The notes: generated by a model from the sequence alone, not told the origin. Shown: positions 43,084 through 55,700, counted from the stretch's first letter. The stretch is 64,000 nt of DNA from an uncultured Planctomycetota bacterium (GCA_963845755.1 CAWJTV010000025.1:224001-288000), one strand, 5' to 3'. Numbers and translations are program-made.

Positions 43084-43344
43084 ACGAGGACAAGTTCTTC
43101 ACGACGCAGACCGTAACTCAAGCCGGCCGGCCCTGAACTCTCGGGGTCGGCCGGTTCGCTTTGCGCGATGGCGGAACCCGACCGTTCCGGCATCGTTCGG
43201 AGGCACCGGTCAGGGAGGTCGTGCGGGCAGCAGGGCGGGAATCACGGATGCTCTGGGCGTCCGCGTGGGCCGGCCAGAAGTCGGTGCCGTACCTCCGGGC
43301 CGTCGGGATCCTCTGGAAGGTGAGTTGTCCGGGCCGTATGTTGT

Positions 43345-43539
43345 TAGAGCGCCTCGCAGTTGGATTGCGCACGCCCCAGTGACGATGCGAATCCACCCCC
43401 CTGTATCCCCCTTTCGTAAGGGGGGAAAAGACAGGGGGCCGTTCCGCCCCAATATCTCCCCCCTTAACGAAGGGGGGATACAGGGGGGTTCTTCGGGAGC
43501 GGACTTCGAGCGTGCGCCATCCAACGGTTAAGCGCTCTA
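43345..43539. mobile_element. MITE-like element with imperfect ~30 bp terminal inverted repeats and an internal palindrome
   Basis: TAGAGCGC..GTTGGAT.GCGCACGC at both ends; internal CCCCCCTGTATCCCCCTTTCGTAAGGGGGG / CCCCCTTAACGAAGGGGGGATACAGGGGGG. Confidence 0.75.
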
Positions 43540-43595
43540 GCAATCCATGCGCTTTGTCTCCCGACCTTCAACGGATCCGACCAGGAGAGAGCACC

Positions 43596-44489
43596 ATGAC
43601 CCCGATCGCGCGAAGAGCCTTCCTCAGCACGGCGGGCGCGACGCTCGCCGCCGCGGCGGTCTTGCCGGCGGCGGAAACAACGCCCGCGCCCGATGACGAG
43701 CCGGCCAAGAACCACTGGAAGAAAGCCTTCATGCTGGGCGGCGTGACCAAGGGTTCTCCCTTGCCCGCATTCCAGCTCTTGAAAGCCGCAGGATTCGAGG
43801 GGGTCGAGCTCATCAGCCCCAATCAGCTCGATCGCCGCGAGGTCTTGAGCGCACGCGACGAAACGGGCCTGGTCATTCATGGCGTCAGCGGGGCGCGTCA
43901 CTGGCAGGACCCGCTCTCCGACCCCGATCCTCGGGTCGTCGAGCGCGGGATGGCCGCCATCCGCCAGGAATTCGAAGATTGCAAGGCCTACGGCGGGACC
44001 ACCGTGCTGGTCGTCCCGGCCGTCGTGAACAAGAAAGTTGGCTACCGCGACGCCTACAAGCGGTCCCAGGAAAACATCCGCAAGCTGATCCCCGACGCCG
44101 AGAAACATGGGGTCAAGATCGCCATCGAGGAGGTCTGGAACAAGTTCCTGCTCAGCCCGATCGAGTTCGCCCGTTACATCGATGAATTCGAGAGTCCGTG
44201 GGTCGGAGCGTACTTCGATGTGGGCAACGTGGTCGAGTTCGCCTATCCGGAAGAGTGGATTCGCGAGCTGGGCAAGCGGATCCTCAAGATCCACATCAAG
44301 GAGTACGCCAAACGCAATCGGTTCAACTACCGACTGGGTGAAGGGAGGGAGATCGACTGGGCGGCCGTCCGCAATGCCCTGATCGCCGTTGGCTACGATG
44401 GCTGGATCACCGCCGAAGTCCCTTTCGGCGATCTTGAGGCCATGAAAGACGTGGTCGTTCGCATGAACCGGTTGCTGGAATTGGGCTAG
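43596..44489 (+). CDS. Tat-exported sugar phosphate isomerase/epimerase (xylose isomerase-like TIM barrel)
   Basis: ARRAFL Tat motif; GFEGVE, IEEVWNKFL, YFDVGN, IHIKEY. Confidence 0.9.
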   Translation: MTPIARRAFLSTAGATLAAAAVLPAAETTPAPDDEPAKNHWKKAFMLGGVTKGSPLPAFQLLKAAGFEGVELISPNQLDRREVLSARDETGLVIHGVSGARHWQDPLSDPDPRVVERGMAAIRQEFEDCKAYGGTTVLVVPAVVNKKVGYRDAYKRSQENIRKLIPDAEKHGVKIAIEEVWNKFLLSPIEFARYIDEFESPWVGAYFDVGNVVEFAYPEEWIRELGKRILKIHIKEYAKRNRFNYRLGEGREIDWAAVRNALIAVGYDGWITAEVPFGDLEAMKDVVVRMNRLLELG

Positions 44490-44597
44490 TGCAATCAATC
44501 CGGGTAGATCGTCGAAGAATCTTGCATTTGGCGCGGCCCTTTTCCACCATGATGAAATAGAGAAGAGCCAAAGAACCCTGGGAATCGGGCTGACCCA

Positions 44598-45605
44598 ATG
44601 CTCGAATGCGCGAATGACGCGATCTTGCTGGAACGCTTTGCCCGAGGCCGAGAAGAGGCCGCGTTCGTGGCGTTGGTCCAGCGCCATGGGCCCATGGTCC
44701 AGCGAATCTGCCGTCGCATCCTCCGCAATGAACAGGATGTCGAGGATGTCTTTCAGGCAACCTTCCTGATCCTGGCCCGGAAGGCGGCGGGGATCGCCTG
44801 GCAGGACTCGGCGAGTGGATGGCTGAGTGCGGTCGCCCGTCGATTGGCGATGAATGTCCGATCAGGAGCCGCTCGGCAACGCAGGCAGGAAACCTCGATC
44901 ACGGCCTTGGCGGGCGGTCCGGCGAACGGCCACGGGCACTTGCCGGAGAAGTTCCATCCCGTCGTCGATGCGTCCGCCGAGTTGGAGCGGCGCGATCTGC
45001 GGCGGATCCTGGACGACGAATTGCGGCACCTGCCCGAAAAATACCGGGTACCGGTGATCCTGTGCTACCTGGAAGGCCGGACACACGAGGAGGCCGCACG
45101 GCAACTCGGCTGGCCGGCCGGCTCGATGTCGCGGAGACTGGATCGGGCGCGGCAGATGCTGCGTCGGCGACTGGCTCATCGCGGTCTGGCCATCGCGGCC
45201 ATTGGCCTGGTCTCGGCCGCGTTCTTCGCGGTCAGCATCGGACGAGTACCCGACCCATCGTCCGGCGCCGCGGTGGTCCAGAAGGCGATGGCGCCGTTCC
45301 GGGCGACTTCAGAAGGAGGCCAGGGCTTCGGTTCCCTGCTCTCCGTACTCGCCCAATCCGCAAACGCGCCGCGCGAACCTGGGCCTATCCTGCGGCTCGC
45401 GCGTCAGGCCGCCCAGACGGCCCAGGTTATCAAGGAACACGATCCGGGGGCCCTGAGCGCCGCGTGGCAGCAGTATGCGACCGAGATGGAACGCTCGGCC
45501 ACGGACCTGCACCAGGCTGCTCAGGATGGAGACCGACTCTTACTCGTCGCCGCCGCACGCCGGCTCGACGCGAGTTGCCTCCATTGCCATGAGGTTTTCC
45601 GATAA
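44598..45605 (+). CDS. ECF sigma factor with a transmembrane helix and a C-terminal cytochrome c'-like CxxCH domain
   Basis: AFVALVQRHGPMV, DVEDVFQATF, LPEKYR..VILCYLEG.THEEAA; TM LAIAAIGLVSAAFFAVSI; ends LDASCLHCHEVFR. Confidence 0.85.
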   Translation: MLECANDAILLERFARGREEAAFVALVQRHGPMVQRICRRILRNEQDVEDVFQATFLILARKAAGIAWQDSASGWLSAVARRLAMNVRSGAARQRRQETSITALAGGPANGHGHLPEKFHPVVDASAELERRDLRRILDDELRHLPEKYRVPVILCYLEGRTHEEAARQLGWPAGSMSRRLDRARQMLRRRLAHRGLAIAAIGLVSAAFFAVSIGRVPDPSSGAAVVQKAMAPFRATSEGGQGFGSLLSVLAQSANAPREPGPILRLARQAAQTAQVIKEHDPGALSAAWQQYATEMERSATDLHQAAQDGDRLLLVAAARRLDASCLHCHEVFR

Positions 45606-46321
45606 TTCATGAAACCATGGCTGAAGGAATCGCGCCGCCCACCCAACCGACAACATGGTTCGCTCGAGCGCTAAACCGTTCAGTCGAGCATCCCCCAGGG
45701 CGACGCGAAGACCCTGCTAAACACCAGGCTGAAAATAATTTGGGATTTTTTATCTGCCGCTGGGGCTGAGAGTTGGGGCGGCTCCCGGCCGAAATCCCCG
45801 CTAGGTGCATTCACGGTTTTCTAAAGTTGCGGCATCCTGAGAGTATGGCCCACGTGCGATCACTGCCGAGACGGACGCCCGGACTGCGCCTCCCGGTCCA
45901 GGTTGTCGTCGTAACCGAATATCTGCCAAGGAGATCGGGGAGGGCGATCCGGGAAAAAGATGTCCCATTGTGCCACGTGATGACACCCGCATCGGTCGGT
46001 GAGTCCCGGAGGGGACCTGCGGTCGGCCGGGTGGCCAGGTCGGGAGACCGTGCCCCAGCGCGGGGCGCGGGCCATTCAAGTGTGAGGCGCTCTCGTCGGC
46101 ATCGAACTTCGGGTTCGAACGATTGCGTGGTGCGAATCGTAAGATGGACGGGGGCGCTTTGCGCCTGGACGTCGGGGAGGTTGGGGACCACGAAGAGTCT
46201 GGTCCGCGGACTAGCGTACGACTAGAATGGTTGAGATGACCGACTCGACGCGACGTGGATCGAATCTCCCCGCCCCCGGTCCCTCCCTCGAAACCCTCAC
46301 CTCCGGGCAGGTGCGAACGAT

Positions 46322-48512
46322 ATGGCGACGGCCACCAAGAAGTTTCCTCCGGCATCGACTCCTCCACCGCAGCGTGCGGCGCGTACGCCGAAGCCGTCCC
46401 TGGTGGACCGATTCGTCAATGGGGTTGATGCGGTCTATCGGTTTCTCGCGTCGCTGAAACTGGCGGTGATCTCGCTGGGGACCCTGGCCGCGACGCTGGC
46501 CTACGCGACATTCTTCGACTCGTGGTACGGGACCGCGGCCGTGCGGGAGTATATCTACCGCGCACCCGGCTTTGCGATCTTGCTGGCGTTCCTGGGGATG
46601 AACATCCTGTGCGCGGCCCTGATCCGGTACCCGTGGAAGAAGCGGCAGACCGGTTTTGTGGTGACGCACGCCGGGCTCCTCATCATGCTGGCCGGCTCGT
46701 ACTACAGCGTCCGGACCGCCGACGAAGGACAGGTGGGCATGCTCGAAGGAGACCGCAAGGGCGAGCTGGTCCGCACCGACTATCCCGTGATCCGGGTCTG
46801 GGAGGTCAACCCGCACACCCAGCGTTACACGCGCGAGATCGACCTGCCGTTCCTGCCCGGCTCGTTCGCATGGGGGCCGGGCAAACCCCAGTCCCAAGGC
46901 GTCTTCGACCGGCTGGGCTCGACGCTCACCCTCGGTCTGGCCGGAACAACCCCGGTCACCGAGGAGGTCTTGAGCAAGCCGGGCGATCCGTTCCGGTTCG
47001 TGGTCAGGGAGCACCTGCCGTCATCGGCCCCCTCGAAGGAGCACGTCGCGGACCCTGACGGCGCACCCATGGCCCGCATCCGCGTCCTGTTCAAGCCACC
47101 CGGGGGCGCCCAGGAGATGGACGCATTCCCCTCCGACGGCGCCCAATGGTTCGCGACCGAGAAGAAGTTCTACCGGGTCACACGCGCGCCCATGGCCGGT
47201 GCTCCCGCCTTGATCACGTTCTCGGCCGTGGATCGGCCCGAGCTGGTCGCGGACTTCCTCAAACCTCCGGCGACGACCGGCAAGGAAGGGGTCGCACGCT
47301 TCCGCTACCCCGATCAATCCGGCCGCACCCGCGTCTTCGACTGGGCGCTGGATGGGCAGCAAGGCAAGTCGGTCAGCCTGCCGGAGAGCGATCTCAATGT
47401 CACGATGACCGAGCTCCTCGCGCTCCAACCCCAGGAATTCCGGCTGAATCGCTACCTGGGCGAGGATCCGCTCCCGATCGCCAAGTTCGAGGTTCGGCAC
47501 GGCGGCGGCGAGTTCGACCACCCACATGGCGATGGCGAACTTGCCGATGGTTCCTCCCGTCCTTCCCTCGCACGATCAGTCCGGTGCGGCCCCGAAGCCG
47601 CCGCTCGCGACGATCCATTACATGGTCAACCCGGTCATCGATCCCCAAACCAATGGCCGCTTCGGGCAGATCGACGTCCTGGCGGGTCCCGACGATTCGC
47701 TCTCATACCGCGTCTTCGGCCGGGGCAAGGACGGCCAGGGCGAGCTCCGTGCCGCCGGCGCGGTCACCAAGGGGACGCCGATCGTCGCCTTCGGTGGCAA
47801 TCCCAACATGCCGATGACGATTCGCTTCGAGGTCGACGAGTACCTGCCCGCGGGGATCGCCAGGGACATCTTTGTCCCCGTCGAGCTCCCGAAGGGGAAA
47901 AAGGATGAAGGGATCGGCGCCTGCCGGGTCGAGATGACCGTGGGCAACGAGACCAAGGAGCTCTGGCTCGAACGTTCGCTCAACCTCGAACCGCCGTCGC
48001 CGCAGATCGTCACGTTTCGCGATGCGGCCTACGCGATCGCCTACGATTGCGACCGCAAGCCACTTGGTTTCGAGCTGAAGCTCGACGATTTCGACGTCGG
48101 CTTCGAGCCGGGCACCGAGCAGCCGACCAAGTTCGTCAGCCATGTCCGGCTCACCGACAAGGCGGACGAGATCAAGGACGAGTCGCACACGATCTCGATG
48201 AACCATCCACTTTACCACAACGGATACACCTTCTACCAATCGCGATACGTTCCGGACCTGGACGAACACAAACAACCCAATGGGCGCTTCCAGTCGATCT
48301 TCCAGGTGGCCATCAACCCCGGCCGCCCGATCATCTATGCCGGCTGCATGATGGTGGTCCTGGGCGCCTTCCTCCAGTTCTACATGAGGGCGGGGATCTT
48401 CACGGATGGCGGCAAGCGGGAACGCGAACGCGCCGCCGCCAAGGCGAGTGCCAATGCGACCAAGGCCAAGGGGAAGTTGCTCCAGCAAGCCGAACAGACC
48501 GAGCGCCTTTAG
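46322..48512 (+). CDS. resB: ResB/CcsB-like cytochrome c biogenesis protein (frameshift near 47515)
   Basis: FLASLKLAV, GFVVTHAGL (conserved His), LKLDDF, ISMNHPL..GYTFYQS, PGRPIIYAG. Confidence 0.8.
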
Positions 48513-48593
48513 GTCAGGCTTTCCAGCCTGATGACCAAGACCTGTCAGGCCGGAAAGCCTGACCTACCCGAGCGAGCCGCCGGAGACTTGAAC

Positions 48594-51333
48594 ATGAGAC
48601 GTATTGCCAAACGACTCGCCGGTTTGATCCTGGCCGGCACGATGGTTGGTGGGCTTCCCGCGCGGGGCGACGAGGCTGTCAAACCGATGGGGGTCGGGAA
48701 CAGCTACGACCAGATCGGCAAGGTCGCGGTCATGCACCAGGGGCGGGTCAAGCCGCTCGACACCGTGGCCCGCGAGGAAGTCAAGCAGGTCTACAGCCGT
48801 GAGACGATCTCGCTTCGCGACCCCCGCGAGGAGGTCGAGAAGCTGCTCGATCCCGAGTCCTTCCACAAGCCGGGGGGCACGCAGTGGACGGTCGAGAAAT
48901 GGGGGCCGGTTGGCTCCTTCCTCGGCTGGACCGTGCGGCCCGAGTTCTGGGACGATCAGCCGTTCATCCTCGTCGATTACCTGCCGTTGCGGCGCCTGAT
49001 CGTGGCCGGACCACTCGAGGCACGGCTCAAGGCGATCGCCGAGAAGCCGACGACCTCCGCCGAGGATAAGGCGGTGTTGCTGAAGCTCGCGGCCGATCGC
49101 GAGCCGACGGCCACCACCCTGATCGAGTTCGCCCGCGGTTCCAAGCTGCCGGTCGAGGATCGCCGCTTCATCGCCGAGCTCGCGGTCAAGCTGACCGAAG
49201 AGCACAAGTGGCTCACTCCGCGCGAGCTGGAAGAAGCGACGATCACCGTCAAGGGCGAGCCCCAGCCGTTTCGGAGCTGGGTCATGGCCATGAGCGAGCA
49301 GCAGCGGAAGTTCCACAACGATCCGACCTCCGTCGAGCGTCCCACCGAGATCGAGCGCCGCGCGGTCGAAGCGGCCCAACGGTTGATGACCTATCAGGCT
49401 TACAGCGAGGACCAGTTCCGGACCAACGGACTGATCCTGATCGTGCCCCGTCCGTCCGATGCGAAGTACCTGGCCTACACGGCCAGGACGGTCACCGAGG
49501 CGCGCAAGCCCGATGCGCACGTTCGACGATCTGCCGTTGATGAAGCTCGACGCCCTCAAGGCGATCGCCACCTACTGGAACTTCATCCCGCGCGAGGAGC
49601 ACAAGACGCCGACGGAAGACAAGGAGGCCGACGAGAAATTCACGGCCTGGTTGCGGGAAAGCTCGACCTGGGTCCCACTCAAGGTACTCTTGAAGTCGAA
49701 GCCTGAAGAGCTGGTCGAGGCGGGCTACTCCGAGGGGCTGGTCCGATCGTTCCTGACCGCGTATCGCGATCTGGAGCAGGCCGAGACCCGCGCTCCCGGC
49801 CAGGTCTCCGAGGCGGTGGCGACCAGCTTCTTGACGGCCTCCCGATCCCTGGGCGAGGCGGCCTCGACGGCCTATCCCACCATCCCGACGATCGAGCGCG
49901 AGACTTATTTCAACGCCACCAACCCGTTCTGGACGGCGCCGTTCGCCTATGGTGCCGCGGTGATGCTGCTGGTGGTGGGCCTGGCGTTCGCGTCCACGAC
50001 ATCCAAGGGATCGCTGGGCGGTCGCGTGGGCCTCGGCATTTATGGCCTGGGAATGCTCGGCCTGTTGAGCGGGATCGCCCTGGAGATCTGGGGCTTTTAT
50101 TTCCGGGTGCGGATCACGGGCTGGGCACCGGTGACGAACATGTATGAGACGGTCATCTGGGTCGCCCTGGTGGCCGCGGTCCTGTCGGTGGTCTTCGAGG
50201 CGATCTTCCGCCGAGTGTACTTCGCGCTGGCCGGCTCGGCCGTCGCGCTGCTGGGCACGCTCACGGCGGCGAACGTCCCGCTCCTGGACCCGAGCATCAA
50301 GAGCCTCCAGCCGGTGCTACGGAGCAACCTCTGGCTGACGATCCACGTGCTGACCGAGGTCTCGAGCTACGCGGCGTTCGGGCTGGCCTGGATGCTGGGC
50401 CTGATCGCCACCGCCTTCTACTTGACGGCCACCTACCGACGGTCGCCGCGATTCGGCGAGCTGGCGCTGTTGCTGATCCCCGGCCTGCCGCTGGCGATCG
50501 TGGGCGGGGTTGGCGTCGCGGCCTCCTACGGGCTCTTCGGCCCGCAATGGGTGGTCCCCGACCTCCTGTTCTATGTCTTCGCGGTCATGGGTCTGCTGGG
50601 AGGCATGATCTCGCTGGCCGCCGTGTTGGCGCTGCTCGGTGAAGTCGTCGCCCGGCTCATGTTCCGCGACGAGGTCAACCGGACGGACGACACGGAGCCA
50701 CCCGCCTGGGAGCCCGAGGACTTCGCGGGCGAGCCTTCGGCGCTCGGATCTTCCGACCATGAAGGCGGCGTGGCCACGATGGTCAAGCCGACGCTCGCCG
50801 CACTCCGGGCGCGGGCCACCACGACCAAGGTCCAGCTCGACGCGCGCGGGCTGGCCATGCAGCGCACGGCGGCGACGGTCAAGCCGCTGTCCAACTTCAT
50901 TTACCGGACGATGCAGGTCGGGGTGCTCTTGATCGCGGCCGGGACGATCCTGGGCGGCGTCTGGGCAGACTATTCCTGGGGCCGGTTCTGGGGGTGGGAT
51001 GCCAAGGAAGTCTGGGCGCTGATCACCCTGCTCGTCTACCTGATCCCGCTCCACGGCCGCTTCGCCGGCTGGGTCAATACCTTCGGTCTCGTATTCGCTT
51101 CGGTCTTCTGCTACCTCTCCGTGGTCATGGCCTGGTACGGCGTCAACTTCGTCCTGGGCGTGGGCTTGCACAGCTATGGCTTCGTCGAAGGCGGCTCGCA
51201 GGGTGCCATGAGCGTGATCCTCGCGGGCATCCTGGCATTCCCCGTCGGCGCCGCCTGGCGACGCCGGTTGGGATATCGCCCGATGTTCACGGAGCCCTCA
51301 ACCGGCTCCGGCGAGCCTGAGACCCTGGGCTGA
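48594..51333 (+). CDS. ccsA: Cytochrome c biogenesis protein CcsA/ResC with a large N-terminal periplasmic domain (frameshift near 49515)
   Basis: GRVKPLDT, APVTNMYE, PVLRSNLWLTIHV, WWD domain WADYSWGRFWGWDAKEVW, GLHSYG. Confidence 0.9.
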
Positions 51334-51849
51334 ATCGACCGAACTTTCTCGATGAGCGATCTCCGTCCGACCCCTGGTTTGTGCACGCATCTTGAGGCAA
51401 TCCGAGCGCGAAATCGCCCGGAGTCGTCCACCTGATAACCGGTGGGGCGGCCGAACCTTCAATTCATCGGCGTCAAGATTATGCATATGAGATGTCAATA
51501 TTATTATTTATTTTATTAAAAATATAAAAATCAGTAGACAGATCTCGGCTGGAGGCGGGACGCCGAGATCCGGGCGGACGTTCCCCCTTGGGGTTTGTCA
51601 CGGACGACAGACGTGGGGGGAATATCCACCGCGAGCGAGAAGTCGCTCGACTTTGATCCACCTGGACACCATTAACCTACTCCGTTACGCCCGGACCACG
51701 GACTCGAACTTCAACCTTCCCTCCCTTGAGCACCTCGACGAGCTTCTGATAGCGAGATGAGCGTGCAACCGGCCCGTCTCCTGGACTCGTCTACCAGGCG
51801 TCTATGAACATCTGAAAGGTTAGTTGAACCGACCGTCATTGGTGAGGTC

Positions 51850-52020
51850 GTACGTTAACTTTCGGGCAGGTCAGGAAGAAGGCCGTCATGGCAAAGGGTT
51901 TGGAACGGTCGTAGCCTTTGGCGAATTCGTCCTGGAGTCGCCGGGAGAGCTCCTCGATGACGCGCTTGCCGTGTTCGGATCGTTCCTGCCCGGCCTGTTC
52001 TTCCTCAACGATGATTTTGA
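51850..52020 (-). pseudogene. Fragment of a DUF1016/YhcG N-terminal domain
   Basis: IVEEEQAGQERSEHGKRVIEELSRRLQDEFAKGY..FAMTAFFLT matches my recollection of the family pattern; no valid start and no nuclease domain. Confidence 0.6.
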
Positions 52021-52138
52021 CCCGGGGTCCAACTTGACCTGGGGTCCAACTTGGGTTTTCCTGTCCAGAATCGGCGTCGGAGCGCAGTCTAATCCCTAGA
52101 TCGATTCGAACGGCGCAGTTTGCCTTTCGGGGGATGGC

Positions 52139-52765
52139 ATGGATCAGGGTCGGGTTGAGGAAACCGGGACCGATCGCGTCCAATGGGGCCAGTTCCTCTC
52201 GGCCCATCGCGACCGCCTTCGGCGGATGGTGGCTCTGCGGCTGGATCAGCGTTTGCGCGGTCGGATCGACCCCTCGGACGTGATCCAGGAGGCGTTCGTG
52301 GAGGCTATCGAGCGACAGTCCGAGTATGAGCGCCAGCCGGATGCCATGCCGCCGTTCTTATGGCTGAGATTCCTGACGCTCCAGCGGTTGCAGCTCTTGC
52401 ATCGCCGACAGCTCGGGACTCAGGCCCGGGACGCCAGCCGCGAGGTGTCGATCCACGGCGGAGCCTTCCCGGCGGCGAGTTCGGCCGCACTGGCGGCGCG
52501 GCTGCTGGGCCACGACACCCGCCCCAGCGAGGCGGCCATCCGCGTCGAGCGCACTCAGCGGCTCCAGAAGGCCCTCGATGAGATGGACGCGATCGACCGG
52601 GAGGTGCTAGTGCTGCGGCACTTCGAGCAGCTCGGCAACGGCGAGTGCGCGCGGGTGCTAGAATTGAGCGAGTCGGCGGCGAACAAGCGCTACATCAGGG
52701 CCTTGAGACGGCTCAAGGCGATGCTCGCGGCCCTGCCGGGCGGAGAGAAGGAGGTCTGGCCATGA
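52139..52765 (+). CDS. Planctomycete-type ECF sigma factor (kinase-associated)
   Basis: RLRRMVALRLDQRLRGRIDPSDVIQE, DREVLVLRHFEQL, KRYIRALRRL; ATGA overlap with the kinase gene. Confidence 0.92.
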   Translation: MDQGRVEETGTDRVQWGQFLSAHRDRLRRMVALRLDQRLRGRIDPSDVIQEAFVEAIERQSEYERQPDAMPPFLWLRFLTLQRLQLLHRRQLGTQARDASREVSIHGGAFPAASSAALAARLLGHDTRPSEAAIRVERTQRLQKALDEMDAIDREVLVLRHFEQLGNGECARVLELSESAANKRYIRALRRLKAMLAALPGGEKEVWP

Positions 52766-55700
52766 GCGACGGATCGGCGCCGGCGCCGGAAGACGATCTC
52801 CTGGGGCCAATTCTCGAGTCATTCGTGCATCGGTTCCGTCGCGGCGAGCGGCCGTCGCTGACCGAGCTCATCACTCGACACCCCGAGCTGGCCGCGCAGA
52901 TCCGCGAGCTGGTCCCGGCGCTGGTTGATCTGGAGCAACTCGCGGGCTCGTCCCACGGCCCGGTTGGGTCCGCAAGGCCTCGGCCAGCCTCGGCCATCAC
53001 CCGGGATGAGGGCCCTACGCCCGAGCAGTTGGGCGACTATCGCATCCTCCGCCGGATCGGCGGCGGCGGGATGGGCGTGGTTTATGAGGCCGAGCACGAG
53101 GCGCTCGAGCGCAGTGTGGCGCTGAAGGTCATGCTCCCGCGTTTGCGGGACGATCCGAGATACTTGCGGCGGTTCCACACCGAGGCCAGCCTGACGGCGG
53201 GGCTGCACCACACGAACATCGTCGGTGTCTTCGACTACGGCGAGCAGGACGGTGTCTGCTATTACGCGATGCAGTTGATCCAGGGGCAACCCCTGGACTG
53301 CGTCCTGGCCGACATCCGTCTCCTGCGCGAGAGCCAGAGGCAAGGCGATCATCAGAGCGGCTCCGATCGGCTTCCGAACATCCCGGCGGCGGACGCATCG
53401 ATCGCCGGCTCGGCCGCCGCTCGAGGGCTCTTGAGCGGCCGCTTCGACGTGGCCATGACGAGCGACGAGGCCGTGGCCGTCACGCTCCCGATCGGAGTCG
53501 GCGACCCGGACGGTCCGGGATCCTCGGGAACGGGTGCGGAGGCGACTGCGGACGTGCCGGCGGATCGGCCGTCGTCGCTCGGTTCGTCGACGCTGGGCCC
53601 CTCTGGTGAGCTGCGCTACTACCGCGAGGTCGCGCGGATTGGTGCCCAGGTCGCCGACGCCCTGGAATACGCCCACCGACGCCGTATCATCCATCGCGAC
53701 ATCAAGCCGTCGAACCTGCTGCTCGACGCCCAGGGCAACGTGTGGGTGACCGACTTCGGCCTGTCGCGGCTGACGGATAACGCCGACCTGACCCAGTCGC
53801 GCGAGTTGGTCGGGACGCTCCGCTACATGGCGCCGAGCGGCTCCGTGGGAAGTCGGACCGCCGCAGCGACGTGTATTCCCTGGGGGCGACCCTGTACGAG
53901 ATGGTGGCCTTGCGTCCACCTTTCGAAGAAGCCGACGAGATCCGGCTGATGGAGCGCATCCGGAACGACGCGCCGATGACGCCGCGCCAGTTCGACCAGA
54001 AGCTCCCGCGCGACCTGGAGACCATCCTCTTCAAGACACTGGCCAAGGACCCGAAGGACCGATTCAGCTCGGCAGCGGCCCTGGCCGACGAGCTGCGGCG
54101 GTTCATCGACGGGCGGCCAATCCGGTCGCGGCCGGTGTCGGTTCCCGAGCAGTTCTGGCGCTGGTGCAAGCGCGACCCCTGGCTGGCTGGTGCGAGCATT
54201 TCCGCCGCGGCGGTGACGATCATTCTGGCCGTCGTATCGATGGCCGCGGCGATCATCTATCGCGACCAGGCCGAGGCGCTACGGGTGGAGCGGAACCGCT
54301 CGGACGTGGCCCTGCTGGATGCCAGCCGACGGGCCGTCGATGCCTACACGGCGCAGGCGCGAGGCGGCCGGCTCAGCCACCGCCCCGGGCAGCGCTTCGA
54401 GACCCTCGAGGCGGTGAAGCAGGCCGCCAGGCTGCTCGACGGCCTTCCGCTCGGGCCGGATACTGCCTCCCGGCGCGACGAGCTTCGCGAGCTGGCGATT
54501 GCCGCGATGGCCTTGCCCGACCTCCAGCCGACCGGCCGGGTCATCGCGCGGCCATCGGGCGTGATCGCGACGGCGTTCGATTCCGGGATGTCCCGCTACG
54601 CGCTGCGGTTCCGCGATGGGCGGATCTTGGTCCGACGCGTGGCCGATGACCAGGAGATCGCCTCGTTCCAGGCCCGGGGCGATCGCGACGTCTGGATCTT
54701 CGGTTTCAACCCCGACGGCCGCTATCTGGCGACCAACCATCCCCCCGACGGGGCGCTGACGGTCTGGGATGTCAACCGGCGCGTCGCCGTTGTGGACGAC
54801 CCGGGCCCCATCAGCCTGGCGGCGCGATTCAGCCCGGACGGTCGTTCGCTCGCGGTGGCCCGACGTGGAGAGCTTGTTGTTTACGACCTGGCGACCGGCC
54901 GGCCCAGCCGGCGCTGGCCCGGAAATGTCGACTGCCTGGCCTTCCGTCCGGACGGGACCCAGATCGCGGTCATCGACGACGTGGCAAAGCCCCCGACCTG
55001 GCGGATCCTGGACGCCAACTCGGGCCGGGAGGTCCGGGCGTTCCCCTTGCGGGTCTTCGCCGACGATGTCGTCTGGAACCCCGCAGGCACCATGCTGGCC
55101 ACGACGACGCGCATTCAGGAGCACAAGATCGACCTGTGGGATGTCGTGACCGGAAACCGCAGGGCCACTCTGGGAGGTCATACGAATCTCGGCTTGCGCG
55201 CGTCCTTTCACCCGGCTGGTACGCTGCTGGCCAGCAATGGCTTTGAAGGTCGTCTCCGGCTGTGGGATCCGATCCTGGGCCGGCCCCTGCTCGACGTGAC
55301 GAGCGGATCCGGGCCCGAGTTCAGTGCGGACGGAAGGATCGTCGTCTCGAACGACGACAAGCTGATTATCCATGAAGTCGACCCCGCCCGGGAGTATCGG
55401 ACATTCGCCTATCCCCTCGCGAAGCGAACCGGTTATGCCGACCCGTCCGTCCGATCTGACGGCCGGCTGCTCGCGGTCGGGACCGATGCCGGCGTGTTAC
55501 TCTGGGACCTGGCCCGCGGCACCGAACTCGCCTGGATGCCGATCCAGGTCGCCTGGCACGTGATGTTCGAGGAGTCGGGCGACCTGATCACGAGCGGCCC
55601 GCTGGGTGTGAATCGCTGGCCGATCCAGCTCGACGCCGGCCGCGGCGAGGTCCGCATCGGCCCGCCGCGTCAGCTCCCGCTGCCGGGGTTGAATTGCGGC

